Source: Terriglobia bacterium
GTDB taxonomy: Bacteria; Acidobacteriota; Polarisedimenticolia; Polarisedimenticolales; JAIQFR01
Length of the DNA stretch: 64,000 bases
Direction: 5' to 3'
Assembly (NCBI GenBank): GCA_963748015.1
Contig: CAVVHE010000008.1
Location: forward strand, 96,001-160,000
In this document: positions 12,486 through 22,058 of the stretch, piece by piece
How positions within the stretch are numbered: the stretch's first letter is position 1
How the letters are laid out: every line of letters begins with the position of its first letter
Position numbers and translations under genes: made by a program
The notes under the pieces: generated by a model
What the model was told of the DNA's origin: nothing
What the model saw: the letters and a program-made list of their open reading frames with translations, nothing else
Database searches by the model: none

Positions 12486-13823
12486 GTGGAGGCGATCGAA
12501 AAAGCTCTCGGGACGATAAGCGATTTCGTGTGGGGGTACCCCCTCCTCATCCTTCTTTTCGGAACGCACATCTACCTGACGATCCGGCTGCGCTTCATCC
12601 AGCGCTACATCGGCCGGGCGATCCGGCTCTCGTTCCAGCGGAAGGCGGAAGGCGAGGGCGACGTGAGCCACTTCGGCGCGCTCACGACCGCGCTCGCGGC
12701 GACGATCGGCACCGGGAACATCGTCGGGGTCGCGACGGCGGTCGCGGCGGGAGGCCCCGGCGCGGTGTTCTGGATGTGGCTCACGGGGGTGTTCGGGATC
12801 GCGACGAAGTACGCGGAGGCGGTCCTGTCCGTGAAGTACCGCATCCGCGGCGAGAGCGGCCTGATGGCGGGCGGGCCGATGTACGTGCTCGAGCGCGGCA
12901 TGGGGGCGAGGTGGCTCGGCATGGTGTTCGCGGCGCTGACGGCCGTCGCCGCGTTCGGCATCGGGAACATGGTCCAGGCGAACTCGATCTCGCAGATGCT
13001 CCTCGAGACGTGGCAGGTGTCCCCCTGGGTGTCGGGCGCCGTGATGACGGTCCTGACCGCGGTCGTGATCCTCGGCGGGATCAAGTCGATCGCGCGGGTG
13101 TGCGAGGGACTCGTTCCGTTCATGGCGGTCTTCTATGTCCTGGGCTGCGTGGTGCTGCTCGCGATCGGTTGGAGGACGCTGCCGGCGACCGTCGTCCTGA
13201 TCTTCAAGACCGCCTTCACGGGGCAGGCGGCGCTCGGCGGATTCCTCGGGGCGGGGATCCGCGAGGCGATCCGTTACGGCATCGCGCGCGGCCTGTTCTC
13301 GAACGAGTCGGGCCTCGGGAGCGCGCCGATCGTCGCCGCCGCGGCGATGACGAAGAACCCGGTGCGGCAGGCGCTCGTCTCCTCGACCGGGACGTTCTGG
13401 GACACCGTCGTCGTGTGCGCGATGACCGGCCTCGTCCTGGTGAACTCGGGGGACTGGACGAAGGGGCTGACCGGGGCGGCGCTCACGAAGAACGCGTTCG
13501 CGGAGTTCCCCCTCGTGGGTCCCGCCGTCCTGAGCGTCGGCCTCCTGACCTTCGTCTTCTCGACGATCCTCGGCTGGTCGTACTACGGCGAGAAGGCGGC
13601 CGAGTACCTGTTCGGCGGCCGCGCGGTGCTGCCGTACCGGTTCCTCTGGGTCGCGGCGGTGATGGTCGGCTCCGTCACCTCGCTCCGCGCCGTGTGGTCC
13701 TTCGCGGACATCGCCAACGGCCTGATGGCGATCCCGAACCTCGTCTCCCTCATCGCCCTCTCCGGCGTCCTCGTCTCCGAAACCCGCACCTACCTCTGGA
13801 GCGACAACCTCGACTCCGACTGA
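12486..13823 (+). CDS. Sodium:alanine/glycine symporter (AGCS/AlsT family)
   Basis: TIGTGNIVGVA, GGPMY, RGLFSNESGLGSAP, NGLMAIPNL; GGAGG RBS. Confidence 0.95.
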   Translation: MEAIEKALGTISDFVWGYPLLILLFGTHIYLTIRLRFIQRYIGRAIRLSFQRKAEGEGDVSHFGALTTALAATIGTGNIVGVATAVAAGGPGAVFWMWLTGVFGIATKYAEAVLSVKYRIRGESGLMAGGPMYVLERGMGARWLGMVFAALTAVAAFGIGNMVQANSISQMLLETWQVSPWVSGAVMTVLTAVVILGGIKSIARVCEGLVPFMAVFYVLGCVVLLAIGWRTLPATVVLIFKTAFTGQAALGGFLGAGIREAIRYGIARGLFSNESGLGSAPIVAAAAMTKNPVRQALVSSTGTFWDTVVVCAMTGLVLVNSGDWTKGLTGAALTKNAFAEFPLVGPAVLSVGLLTFVFSTILGWSYYGEKAAEYLFGGRAVLPYRFLWVAAVMVGSVTSLRAVWSFADIANGLMAIPNLVSLIALSGVLVSETRTYLWSDNLDSD

Positions 13824-13836
13824 GCCGGGGACCGTT

Positions 13837-15204
13837 TCACTCGAGGGAGCCGTCGAGGAGGAGTTTCAGGTTGACGGCGGCGCGGACGTCGGAGGGGTCG
13901 AGCGAGAGGGCTCGGCGGAGGGCGGACTCGGCGTCGGCGCGACGCCCGGCGAGGGCGTAGGCGTAGCCGAGGTTGTTGAGGGCGCGGCCGTTCGCGGGCG
14001 TCTTGCGCGCCACGTCTTCCCAGAAGACGATCTCGTTCGCGTAGACGGCGTTCCTGCGGATGGTGGCGGCACCGAGGACGAGCACGACACCGGTCAGGAT
14101 CGCGAGGACGGTCCGGCGCCGCCAGGCGACCCTCGACAAACCCCACGCCAGAAGCCACGCGGGACCGATCGAGGCGACGTAGAGCTGCCGGTCGTTCGCC
14201 ACGTCGAGGCGAGGGAGAACGGAGTTCGTCGGGGCCAGCCAGAGGAAGAACCAGAGGACGCCGAACGCGAGGGCGGGGCGCTTGCGGGACGCGAGGAGCG
14301 CGAGGGCGACGAGCGCGGCGAGGACGGTCGCCTCGAGCGCCGCCGCCGGGCTCCACGCGCTCACGACCGGGAGCAGCGGGTCGGCGTTCAGCCGGTCGAG
14401 CCGCACGAGCTGCCCGGCGAGGTAGGTGACGCCCCCCGCCTGGGTGAGGAGGTTCTCCCCGATGCCTCGCGCGGCGAGGCTCGCCGCCGCGAGGTGCCGG
14501 TACGCCGGACTCGCGAGAGCGGCCGCCGCGCCCGCGAGGAGCACCGCGCCGTGGACCGCCGTCGCGGCCGCGGCGTCGCGGAAGCGGAACGGGCGGCGCG
14601 TGTCCGTGAGCAGCCACAGCGCGATCGCCAGCGGCAGGACGGCCGCGGTCTCCTTCACGCCGAGAGCGAGCGCGAAGAGGAGCGGGGAGAGGCCGTGCGA
14701 GAGCAAGGGCCGTCCGCGCTCCCTCCCCTCGATCCACGCGACGAGGCTGCCGAGCGCGAACAGCGCGGCGAGCGACGTCGAGCGGCCGCACACGTAGGTG
14801 ACGGCTTCCGTCTGCACGGGGTGGAGGGCGAAGAGGAGCGCGCCCGAGAGCGCGGCGAAGCGCGCGCGCTCCTCATCCAGGCCGTGCCGCAGCGCGAGCC
14901 GCGAGAGGAGCGCTCCCACGAGGAGCGCGCACGCGGCGTGCACGGCGACGTTCGCGCCCCGGAAGCCGGCCACCCCGAGGCCGGACGCGTGGTTCAGCGC
15001 GTAGCTCGCCTTGAGGAGCGGCCGGATCCCGGGCATCGCCCCCCACCACGCCCGGAGCGACTGCACGCGCGGGTCGGAAACGACGACGTTGAAGTCGTCG
15101 AACTGGAAGCTCGCGCCGAGGCTGCTCGCGTAGACAGCCACGGTCGCGGCCACGATCGCGGCGGCGGCGAGCCCGCGGTGTCCGCCCGCCTCAGTGTCCG
15201 GCAC
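13837..15204 (-). CDS. Polytopic membrane protein with C-terminal TPR (TMTC-like GT-C glycosyltransferase family)
   Basis: FQFDD motif after TM1, LFALHPVQTEAVTY, KETA, DRQLY, TPR RALNNLGYAY. A GTG start at 15204 overlaps the end of the upstream gene. Confidence 0.8.
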   Translation of the reverse strand: MPDTEAGGHRGLAAAAIVAATVAVYASSLGASFQFDDFNVVVSDPRVQSLRAWWGAMPGIRPLLKASYALNHASGLGVAGFRGANVAVHAACALLVGALLSRLALRHGLDEERARFAALSGALLFALHPVQTEAVTYVCGRSTSLAALFALGSLVAWIEGRERGRPLLSHGLSPLLFALALGVKETAAVLPLAIALWLLTDTRRPFRFRDAAAATAVHGAVLLAGAAAALASPAYRHLAAASLAARGIGENLLTQAGGVTYLAGQLVRLDRLNADPLLPVVSAWSPAAALEATVLAALVALALLASRKRPALAFGVLWFFLWLAPTNSVLPRLDVANDRQLYVASIGPAWLLAWGLSRVAWRRRTVLAILTGVVLVLGAATIRRNAVYANEIVFWEDVARKTPANGRALNNLGYAYALAGRRADAESALRRALSLDPSDVRAAVNLKLLLDGSLE

Positions 15205-16030
15205 GCGCCGCCTCGAACGCGCGCTCGACGAGGGCCGCCGCGGTCCACCAGCGGTCGGGCGCATCGAGCAGGACGGCGAGGACCCGGTGCCCGTCCCGCT
15301 CGGCGAGAACGACGACGCACTTCCCGGCCTTCGCCGTGTAGCCGGTCTTGACGCCCTTGGTCCCGGGCAGGCTCCCGAGGAGCTTGTTCGAGGTCTCCAC
15401 GGCGAGCTCCCGCCCCGCGGCCGTCCGGACGGTCGCGCGCTCGAGGGCGACGGCCCGGGCGAACTCGGGCTTCTCGAGCGCGGCCTCCGCGAGACGCCGG
15501 AGGTCGCGCGCCGAGGAAACCTGGCCGGCGCGGTCGTGACCACACGGGTCCTCGAAGTGCGTCGCCTTCAGCCCCAGCGCCGCGGCCCGCGCGTTCATGG
15601 CTTCCACGAACGCCGGGGCACTCCCGCCCGCGTGCTCCGCGAGGGCAAGACAGGCATCGTTCGCCGACCCCACGAGCATCGCGTTCAGGAGGTCGCCCGC
15701 CGCGACGCGGTCCCCTCGCTTCAGCCCGAGCCGCGTGCCGGTCTCCGCGGCCGCCGCGGCGCTCACCTCCACGGCGGCGCCGGGGTCGTACCCCTTCTCG
15801 AGGACGACGAGCGCCGTCATCATCTTGGTCAGGGACGCGGGGCGCCGGCGCGCGTCGGCGGCCCGCTCCCAGAGGACGGCGCCGTCGAGGGCGACGAGGT
15901 ACGACGCCGCGGCCTTCGGGAACGGGTCGGAAGGCGGCGGCGCGCCCGCGCCGGCGGCCGACACCGCGAGCGCCGCAATAGCCGCGATCGGCCAAGCGGC
16001 GGCGCGCCGCATCGCGATCCGGCTCGTCAT
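15191..16030 (-). CDS. D-alanyl-D-alanine carboxypeptidase (peptidase S11)
   Basis: SxxK (SLTK), SxN (SAN) and KTG motifs; signal peptide. Confidence 0.93.
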   Translation of the reverse strand: MTSRIAMRRAAAWPIAAIAALAVSAAGAGAPPPSDPFPKAAASYLVALDGAVLWERAADARRRPASLTKMMTALVVLEKGYDPGAAVEVSAAAAAETGTRLGLKRGDRVAAGDLLNAMLVGSANDACLALAEHAGGSAPAFVEAMNARAAALGLKATHFEDPCGHDRAGQVSSARDLRRLAEAALEKPEFARAVALERATVRTAAGRELAVETSNKLLGSLPGTKGVKTGYTAKAGKCVVVLAERDGHRVLAVLLDAPDRWWTAAALVERAFEAARAGH

Positions 16031-16031
16031 C

Positions 16032-17015
16032 CTACTTGCCGAAGAGGCCCCGGATCTTCTTCTTGGCCTTGTCGACCGCGCTCGCCTTGGGGTCGGCCTC
16101 TGCGGGCTTGGCTTCTTCCGCCTTGGCGCCGGCGAGCATGTCGGCCGCGAACGTCGAGCAGAAGCCCTGGTACTTGCTTCCCGTCAGCGCCGTGTACTTG
16201 CGCCCCGCGCACTCGCGCTGGGCAAGCGCCTTGGTCTCCGCCGGGCAGTTCTTGCCGAGGAACTCGAACGAGTCTTGGGTCAGCGCCTTCGGGCAGAGAT
16301 CGGCGAGCAGGGTCTGCTCGCTCGTGCCGCAGAACTTCGCCGCGGCGGCGAGGTTGTTCGGGCTCGACGGCTCCTTGGGCAGGCGGCCGAATCCCTCCAT
16401 CGTCCCCAGGTTCTTGCAGAACTCCGCCTTCTGCGCCGGTTCCTTGCAAAGCGCCGAGGGGCCGTCGAAGAACATCAGCGTGAGCGTCTTGGCCCCGTCC
16501 TCGCAGACCTTCGCCATCGCGTTCTCGTTCGCCACCTGCATCTCGGCCACCTGGCGCTTGAGCTCGCCGGCATCGCACTCCTGGTGGAGGTTGCGCCCCG
16601 AGAGCTTCGTGAGCATCTCGCCCTCCGCCGTCTTCATCGTCACCGTGCCCTTGAAGGCGTCCTGCCCCTCGAACGTGAGCTCGCCGGTCCCCGTCGCGGG
16701 CGGGTTCCCCTTGCACCGCATGCTCCACGACATCCTCCCCGGCGAGGACTTGACGTCCAGCATCTCGCACTCGTGGTTCTTGTCCGCCGTCGGGGGCTCC
16801 TTCCACTCGCCCTTCGGGCGGCAGACCCGCGACGTCTGGGGCGGCATCGCCATGCCCATCCCCGACATCTCGACGGTGTTCTCCCACAGCTCGCCCGGCT
16901 CCTTCCCCGCCGGGGCGGGGGCGGCGGGCTTCTCGGCAAGCGTGGGCAGGGCGACGGCAACGAGTAACGCCGCGGCGACGGCGGCGAGCCGGATCACGTT
17001 CGGGCGCGCGCTCAT
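16032..17015 (-). CDS. Secreted Cys-rich protein, DUF3617-like N-terminal domain
   Basis: Signal peptide; PGELWE...C...C...C pattern recalled from DUF3617; about a dozen Cys. Confidence 0.65.
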   Translation of the reverse strand: MSARPNVIRLAAVAAALLVAVALPTLAEKPAAPAPAGKEPGELWENTVEMSGMGMAMPPQTSRVCRPKGEWKEPPTADKNHECEMLDVKSSPGRMSWSMRCKGNPPATGTGELTFEGQDAFKGTVTMKTAEGEMLTKLSGRNLHQECDAGELKRQVAEMQVANENAMAKVCEDGAKTLTLMFFDGPSALCKEPAQKAEFCKNLGTMEGFGRLPKEPSSPNNLAAAAKFCGTSEQTLLADLCPKALTQDSFEFLGKNCPAETKALAQRECAGRKYTALTGSKYQGFCSTFAADMLAGAKAEEAKPAEADPKASAVDKAKKKIRGLFGK

Positions 17016-17179
17016 GCTGGGGACCTCCTCCGAATGCGCCGGGGCGAGGAGTCCCGACGCGACGAGGGATTATACGCCGCCGCCGACGCCGGGCCCGGAC
17101 GTGCGGGCGCCATGGCGTCGGAACCCGGCTCCTCGTTACCCGACAATCAGGCCGGAATCTCGCTCTTTTCGTCCCGAAC

Positions 17180-17205
17180 TGTTACGCCAGTGACGTCCGA
17201 CCCCA
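17180..17205. repeat. Single arm of the REP-like family found at 33802 and 34695
   Basis: TGTTACGCCAGTGACGTCCGACCCCA is the reverse complement of the 33804 arm (TGGGGTCGGACATTACTGGCGTAACA) with 2 mismatches. Confidence 0.85.
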
Positions 17206-18465
17206 TCACTCGTGCCGCAGCGACTCGATCGGGTCGAGGCGCGCGGCGCGCCAGGCGGGGTAGGTGCCGAAGAAGAGGCCGACGAGGGCGGAGACGATGA
17301 GGCCCGCGGCGACCGCGGAGGCGGAGAAGGTCGCCGGGAAGCGGCTGAGCGCGGCCACGAGGCGGGCGACGCCGAGGCCCACGAGGACACCCGTCGCGCC
17401 TCCGACCATCGTCAGCGTCACGGCCTCGGTCAGGAACTGCTGGAGGACGTCGCGGCGGCGCGCGCCGAGGGCCTTTCGGATCCCGATCTCGCGGGTCCGC
17501 TGGGTCACGTTCATCAGCATGATGTTCATGACGCCGACGCCGCCGATCACGAGGCTGATCCCCGCGATGGCGATCATCGCGGCGCCGATGCCGCCGGTGA
17601 TCTGGCGGAACAGCCGGATGTACCGGTCGGGGGTCCGGATCGCGAAGTTGTTCGGTTGATTGAAACGGAGCCCGCGCCGGTCGCGGAGGATCTGCGTTCC
17701 CTGCTCGATCGCGAGGTTGACCCACTCCGGCTTCTTCGGGATCGTCGCGATCACGCACCCGTAGGTTTTCTGCACCTCGGGCCAGATCCGGTCGAACGCC
17801 CCCATCGGGATCGCCATCTGGAGGTTCGCGCCCCCCTGGTCGAGGAAGCCCCCCTTGTCCTCGAACACGCCGATCACGCGGAACGGGCGGCCGTTGATCT
17901 CGAGCTGGCGCCCGAGCGGGTCGATCCGCGGGAACAGCGCCTCGACGACCCCTTTCCCTATCACCACCACCTGGGCCGCGTGGCGGTCCTCTCCCTCGGT
18001 GAAGAAGCGGCCCTGCTGGACGTAGTGGCTGTTGGCGTCCGGGTACCAGTGAGTGACGCCGCCGACGGTCGCCCCCTCGACGCGCTCCCCGCGCCAGCGC
18101 ACCTCGATCCCCTGGAACTGCCAGCGCTCGGGCGACACGTACCGGATCGACCACGCGTAGCGCTGGATCGCCCGCGCGTCGTCGAGGGTGAGCACCGGCC
18201 GGATGCGCTCCTCCTCGCGCGGCGGGCCGCCGAAGTCCGCCTCGCGGATCTGGAACTGGACGAGCGTGGCGCCGAACTGGCGGAAGGACGCGATGAACTG
18301 CTCGTTGAAGCCCTGGATCAGCGAGACCATGACGATCACGGTCGCCACGCCGATCACGATGCCGAGGCAGGTCAGGAGCGACCTCAGCTTCTGGTCCCGG
18401 ATCGAGCGGAACGCCGACGCGACGTTCTCGCGGCGCGCGGACAGGCTCGCGCGAAGGCGGCTCAT
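17206..18465 (-). CDS. MacB/FtsX-like ABC transporter permease
   Basis: LRSLLTCLGIVIGV, GGVGVMNIML, RTREIGIRKALGA, LDPIESLRHE. Confidence 0.95.
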   Translation of the reverse strand: MSRLRASLSARRENVASAFRSIRDQKLRSLLTCLGIVIGVATVIVMVSLIQGFNEQFIASFRQFGATLVQFQIREADFGGPPREEERIRPVLTLDDARAIQRYAWSIRYVSPERWQFQGIEVRWRGERVEGATVGGVTHWYPDANSHYVQQGRFFTEGEDRHAAQVVVIGKGVVEALFPRIDPLGRQLEINGRPFRVIGVFEDKGGFLDQGGANLQMAIPMGAFDRIWPEVQKTYGCVIATIPKKPEWVNLAIEQGTQILRDRRGLRFNQPNNFAIRTPDRYIRLFRQITGGIGAAMIAIAGISLVIGGVGVMNIMLMNVTQRTREIGIRKALGARRRDVLQQFLTEAVTLTMVGGATGVLVGLGVARLVAALSRFPATFSASAVAAGLIVSALVGLFFGTYPAWRAARLDPIESLRHE

Positions 18466-18466
18466 C

Positions 18467-19684
18467 TCACTCCTCGCGCAGCGCCTCGACCGGGTCGAGG
18501 CGGGCGGCGCGCGCCGCGGGGAGCCACCCCGCGAGCACGCCGGAGAGGGTCGAGACCGCGAGACCGGCGAGTACCAACCCCGGCGTCACCCTCGCTGGGA
18601 AGGGGGTCATCCCCTCGACGGCCTTTGAAACGGCCCAGCCGAGCAGGACGCCCAGGACCCCGCCGAGGAAGCTCAGCGCGGCGGCCTCGAAGAGGAACTG
18701 TCGCCTCAGGTCCCGGCGCCGCGCGCCGATCGCCTTGCGGATCCCGATCTCGTGGGTCCGCTCCATGACCGAGGCGAACATCGTGTTCGCGATCGCGACG
18801 CCTCCCACGACGAGGGAGATGGACGAGATCCAGATCACGAGGGCGAACCCCGCGAAGGTCAGCTGCTTCCAGAACGCGTTGAGCGCCTCGGCGTCCACCA
18901 CGCCGAACGGGTCCGGGTCGCGGAAGCCGGTCCCGCGCCGCGCGCGGAACGCGACCCGGGCCTCCTCGAGGACGGCGTCGCGGGAGGCGGCATCGGGCGC
19001 CTCGAGGAACACGTCGACGCTCTCGATCTTGCCGAACGCCTTCTGGTAGGCGCCGAGGGGGACGAGGACGAACTTGTCCTGGCTCTGCCCGAACGCTTTC
19101 CCTTGCTTCGCGGTCAGGCCGATCACGCGGAACGGCTTCCCCTGCACGGTGACCATCCTCCCGATCGGGTCCACGTGCGGGAACAACTCGTCCCTGACGT
19201 CGGTGCCGATGACCGCGACCGCGCGCGACGCTCGCGCCTCCCCGTCGGTGAAGTACCGCCCGTCGTCGAGCTCGAGCCCGATCATCCAGGGGAACTCGGG
19301 TCCGGCTCCCAGCACGATCGCGTCGGGAAGCCGCCGCCCCTCGGCGTACACCGCCTTGGCGCCGAACACCCGGCCGGTCACCCGCGCAGCGCTCGGGACG
19401 AGACGCCTCACGGCCTCGACGTCCTCCCAGGTGATGTCCTTGCGCTTGGCCGCCTGGAGGAACGCCTCGCGGCTCGTGATGATGCCGAACTTCGAGAGGA
19501 TGAACGTGTTGGGGCCGAGCTGGCCGATCACGTTGGCCGCGTACTCGTTGAGGCCGGACACCACCGAGATCACCGCGACGATCGTCGTGACCGCGATGAT
19601 GATCCCGAGCAGGTTGAGGAACGACCGGAGCTTGTGGGCCACGATGGCCCCGAAGGACATCCGGGCGACCTCGAGGACGATCAT
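18467..19684 (-). CDS. MacB/FtsX-like ABC transporter permease
   Basis: KLRSFLNLLGIII, ERTHEIGIRKAIGA, LDPVEALREE. Confidence 0.95.
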   Translation of the reverse strand: MIVLEVARMSFGAIVAHKLRSFLNLLGIIIAVTTIVAVISVVSGLNEYAANVIGQLGPNTFILSKFGIITSREAFLQAAKRKDITWEDVEAVRRLVPSAARVTGRVFGAKAVYAEGRRLPDAIVLGAGPEFPWMIGLELDDGRYFTDGEARASRAVAVIGTDVRDELFPHVDPIGRMVTVQGKPFRVIGLTAKQGKAFGQSQDKFVLVPLGAYQKAFGKIESVDVFLEAPDAASRDAVLEEARVAFRARRGTGFRDPDPFGVVDAEALNAFWKQLTFAGFALVIWISSISLVVGGVAIANTMFASVMERTHEIGIRKAIGARRRDLRRQFLFEAAALSFLGGVLGVLLGWAVSKAVEGMTPFPARVTPGLVLAGLAVSTLSGVLAGWLPAARAARLDPVEALREE

Positions 19685-19686
19685 GT

Positions 19687-20967
19687 CTACGACTCCGCGC
19701 GCTCGGAGTTGTCCACGACGACCTTCGCGTCGGGCTTCAGGTCGCGAAGCGCCTTGAACGGCCCGACGATCACCTCGTCTCCCGCTGCGAGCCCGGCGAC
19801 CACCTCGAGATCGAGCTCTCCCTTGATCCCGGTGGTCACCGGCTTGAACACCGCCTTCCCGTCGCGGACGATGTAGACCCCCTCCACGTCGCGGGTCCTC
19901 GAGGCGACCGTCGCGACCTCGTCGGCCTTGCTCCGGCTCTCGACCCCTTCCTCGGCCTTGGGCGGCGCGCCCTTTCCCTCGTCCTCGCTTCGCAGGATCA
20001 GCGCCCCGATCGGCACGGTCATCACGCCCTTCCTCGTGTCGGTCGTGATGTCGGCGGTGACCGTCAGGCCCGGCCGGATTCCCGCGGGGTGCGACGTGAG
20101 CGCGGCCTTGACCTCGTAGTCGGTGCCGGTCGCCGCCTGGCCGAGGGACGTGGTCCCGCGGATCGGGCTGGAGCCGATCTCGGAAACGACCGCCGGGAAC
20201 GGCTTGTCGGGGAACGCATCGATCAGCACCGACGCGGGCTGGCCGAGGCGCAGGAGCGGCACGTCGGTCTGGTCCACCTCGAGGACGGCCTCGACGGTCG
20301 ACATGTCGGAGATCGTCATGAGCACGGTGCCGGGGTTGTTCATCGTGCCGGTGACGACCACCTCGCCCTGCTCGACGTTCCGGCGCGTGACGATCCCGTC
20401 CATGGGGGCGCGGATCTCGGTCTTCTCTAGGGCGTCGTGGGTCGAGGACAGCTCCGCGCGGGCCTGCGTCACCTGGCGCTCGGCGCGGTTCACCGCCGCC
20501 GTCGACTGCTCGTGAACGCTCTTGGCCCGGTCGTAGTCCGCGGTCGCCAGGATCCCGCCGCGGTACTGCGCATCGGCCCGGTCGAGGTCCCGCTTCGCCT
20601 GGGCGGCGACCTCCCGAACCCGAACGAGCTCGGCCTCGAGCGATTCGAACGACGACCGGCTCGAGTCCACCGCGGCGCGGTAGCGCACCTGGTCGATCAC
20701 CAGGAGGAGGTCCCCCTTCTTCACCGCGTCCCCCTCGCGGACCAGGAGCTTGGTGATCTGCCCCATGATGTTCGCGGAGAGGTCCACCTTGGTTCGGGCC
20801 TGGATCGACCCGTTCGCGGTGACCAGCGAGACCAGATCCTTCTTCTCGACCTTCGCCGTGCGGACCCGGATCCCCTCCGGCTTCCGCTTCTGCATCATCA
20901 GGCCGGCGACTGCGAGAACCACCACGGCGGCTCCGACTCCAATCGCGATCTTCGTTCCCTTCTTCAT
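19687..20967 (-). CDS. Periplasmic adaptor / membrane fusion protein (MacA/YknX-like)
   Basis: N-terminal TM; lipoyl halves VREGDAVKKGDLL and IRAPMDGIV; coiled-coil region; IRPGLT. Confidence 0.93.
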   Translation of the reverse strand: MKKGTKIAIGVGAAVVVLAVAGLMMQKRKPEGIRVRTAKVEKKDLVSLVTANGSIQARTKVDLSANIMGQITKLLVREGDAVKKGDLLLVIDQVRYRAAVDSSRSSFESLEAELVRVREVAAQAKRDLDRADAQYRGGILATADYDRAKSVHEQSTAAVNRAERQVTQARAELSSTHDALEKTEIRAPMDGIVTRRNVEQGEVVVTGTMNNPGTVLMTISDMSTVEAVLEVDQTDVPLLRLGQPASVLIDAFPDKPFPAVVSEIGSSPIRGTTSLGQAATGTDYEVKAALTSHPAGIRPGLTVTADITTDTRKGVMTVPIGALILRSEDEGKGAPPKAEEGVESRSKADEVATVASRTRDVEGVYIVRDGKAVFKPVTTGIKGELDLEVVAGLAAGDEVIVGPFKALRDLKPDAKVVVDNSERAES

Positions 20968-21033
20968 CGACCGAACCCCCCGGAGCGTCCGGCGCGGTAG
21001 AGCGGCCGGACGTAGGCCTCCATCCTGCCTTAG

Positions 21034-21060
21034 TTACGTCTTTTCGGGCGGGCGGTTATC
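21034..21060 (-). promoter_or_regulatory. Candidate ECF-sigma promoter for the adaptor-permease operon
   Basis: Minus strand reads GATAAC-N16-CGTAA about 70 bp upstream of the start codon. Confidence 0.5.
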
Positions 21061-21217
21061 GGAGGGCAGGCCGCGGGAAGGTCGGCCGGGGGGGGGACGG
21101 GTGGACCCCGCGGGTCGTGGCTCGCAAGCCGGAAATGGCGGACGCCCCGGGAAGGGGACCTCCCCGGGGCGACGGTCCCGGCCTATTCCGCCGTTCCGGC
21201 CGGTTCGGGGCGGAGCG

Positions 21218-21805
21218 CTACTCCTCGACGCCGGTGACGTGGAGGGCAGGGCGCGGCGAGCCGGCACCGCCCTCGGAGGGCACGCTCACGCAGCCGGGGA
21301 AGCAGTCGGCGCAGAGATCGCCCTGGCCTTCCGTGACGACGTCGCACGGCGAGAAGCCCGGGCAGGTCCCGGAGCCGTAACCGTAGTGGCGGGCCTCGAT
21401 GCTGTCGAAGTGAGTGCCGGTGAACGACAGCGTGGACGTCGTCTGCACCTGCAAGGTGCAGTCGCCGTACACCAAGGTGTCGGTCCGCGCCTGCGTCAGG
21501 ACGTTTCCGCTCTGCTGGGAGGCGAACGTGTTGCACATTCCCCCGAGGAGCGTCTGGGTCAGCTCGAGGCCGTTCCCGCCCGGCGACAGGCGGATGTTGC
21601 CCGAGGCCGCCGCCGGAGCGCCCATCCCGCAGGTGTCCGTCGTTACCTTCGAGATCAGGGTGTAGTCGCCGGCGAGGGTCGCCGGTGACGGTCCGACGAT
21701 CTTGCCGCTCCCGCTCTCGCTGCCGCTGCAGCCGGAGAGCGCGACCGTAAGGCCGAAAACGACGAGCATGCCGAGGATGACTTTCGAGCCGTTCTTCGCG
21801 CGCAT
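21218..21805 (-). CDS. Hypothetical lipoprotein
   Basis: GGAGG RBS before ATG 21805; lipobox LSGC; several Cys. Confidence 0.75.
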   Translation of the reverse strand: MRAKNGSKVILGMLVVFGLTVALSGCSGSESGSGKIVGPSPATLAGDYTLISKVTTDTCGMGAPAAASGNIRLSPGGNGLELTQTLLGGMCNTFASQQSGNVLTQARTDTLVYGDCTLQVQTTSTLSFTGTHFDSIEARHYGYGSGTCPGFSPCDVVTEGQGDLCADCFPGCVSVPSEGGAGSPRPALHVTGVEE

Positions 21806-22058
21806 CTGTTGCCTCCCGTGGCCGGTGACGACCGTGTAATAGCGCGGTGGTCCTCGGGAAAACATAGGCAGCGAAAATCGTGATGCAAGTCGAAGAGGCA
21901 TGCGGAGGACGACGAAGTTGCACTTCGGCGGTCGAGGAACCATGTTTGGAGTGAGACGGCGCGCTCGCGTGCTCTCAGTGTGCGCGCGGTGACGAAGGTG
22001 TCACTTGTCCTGCGCCAGCAGCCGCCGCGAGCCGCTTCCCGATGGCCGGGGACGGCCG

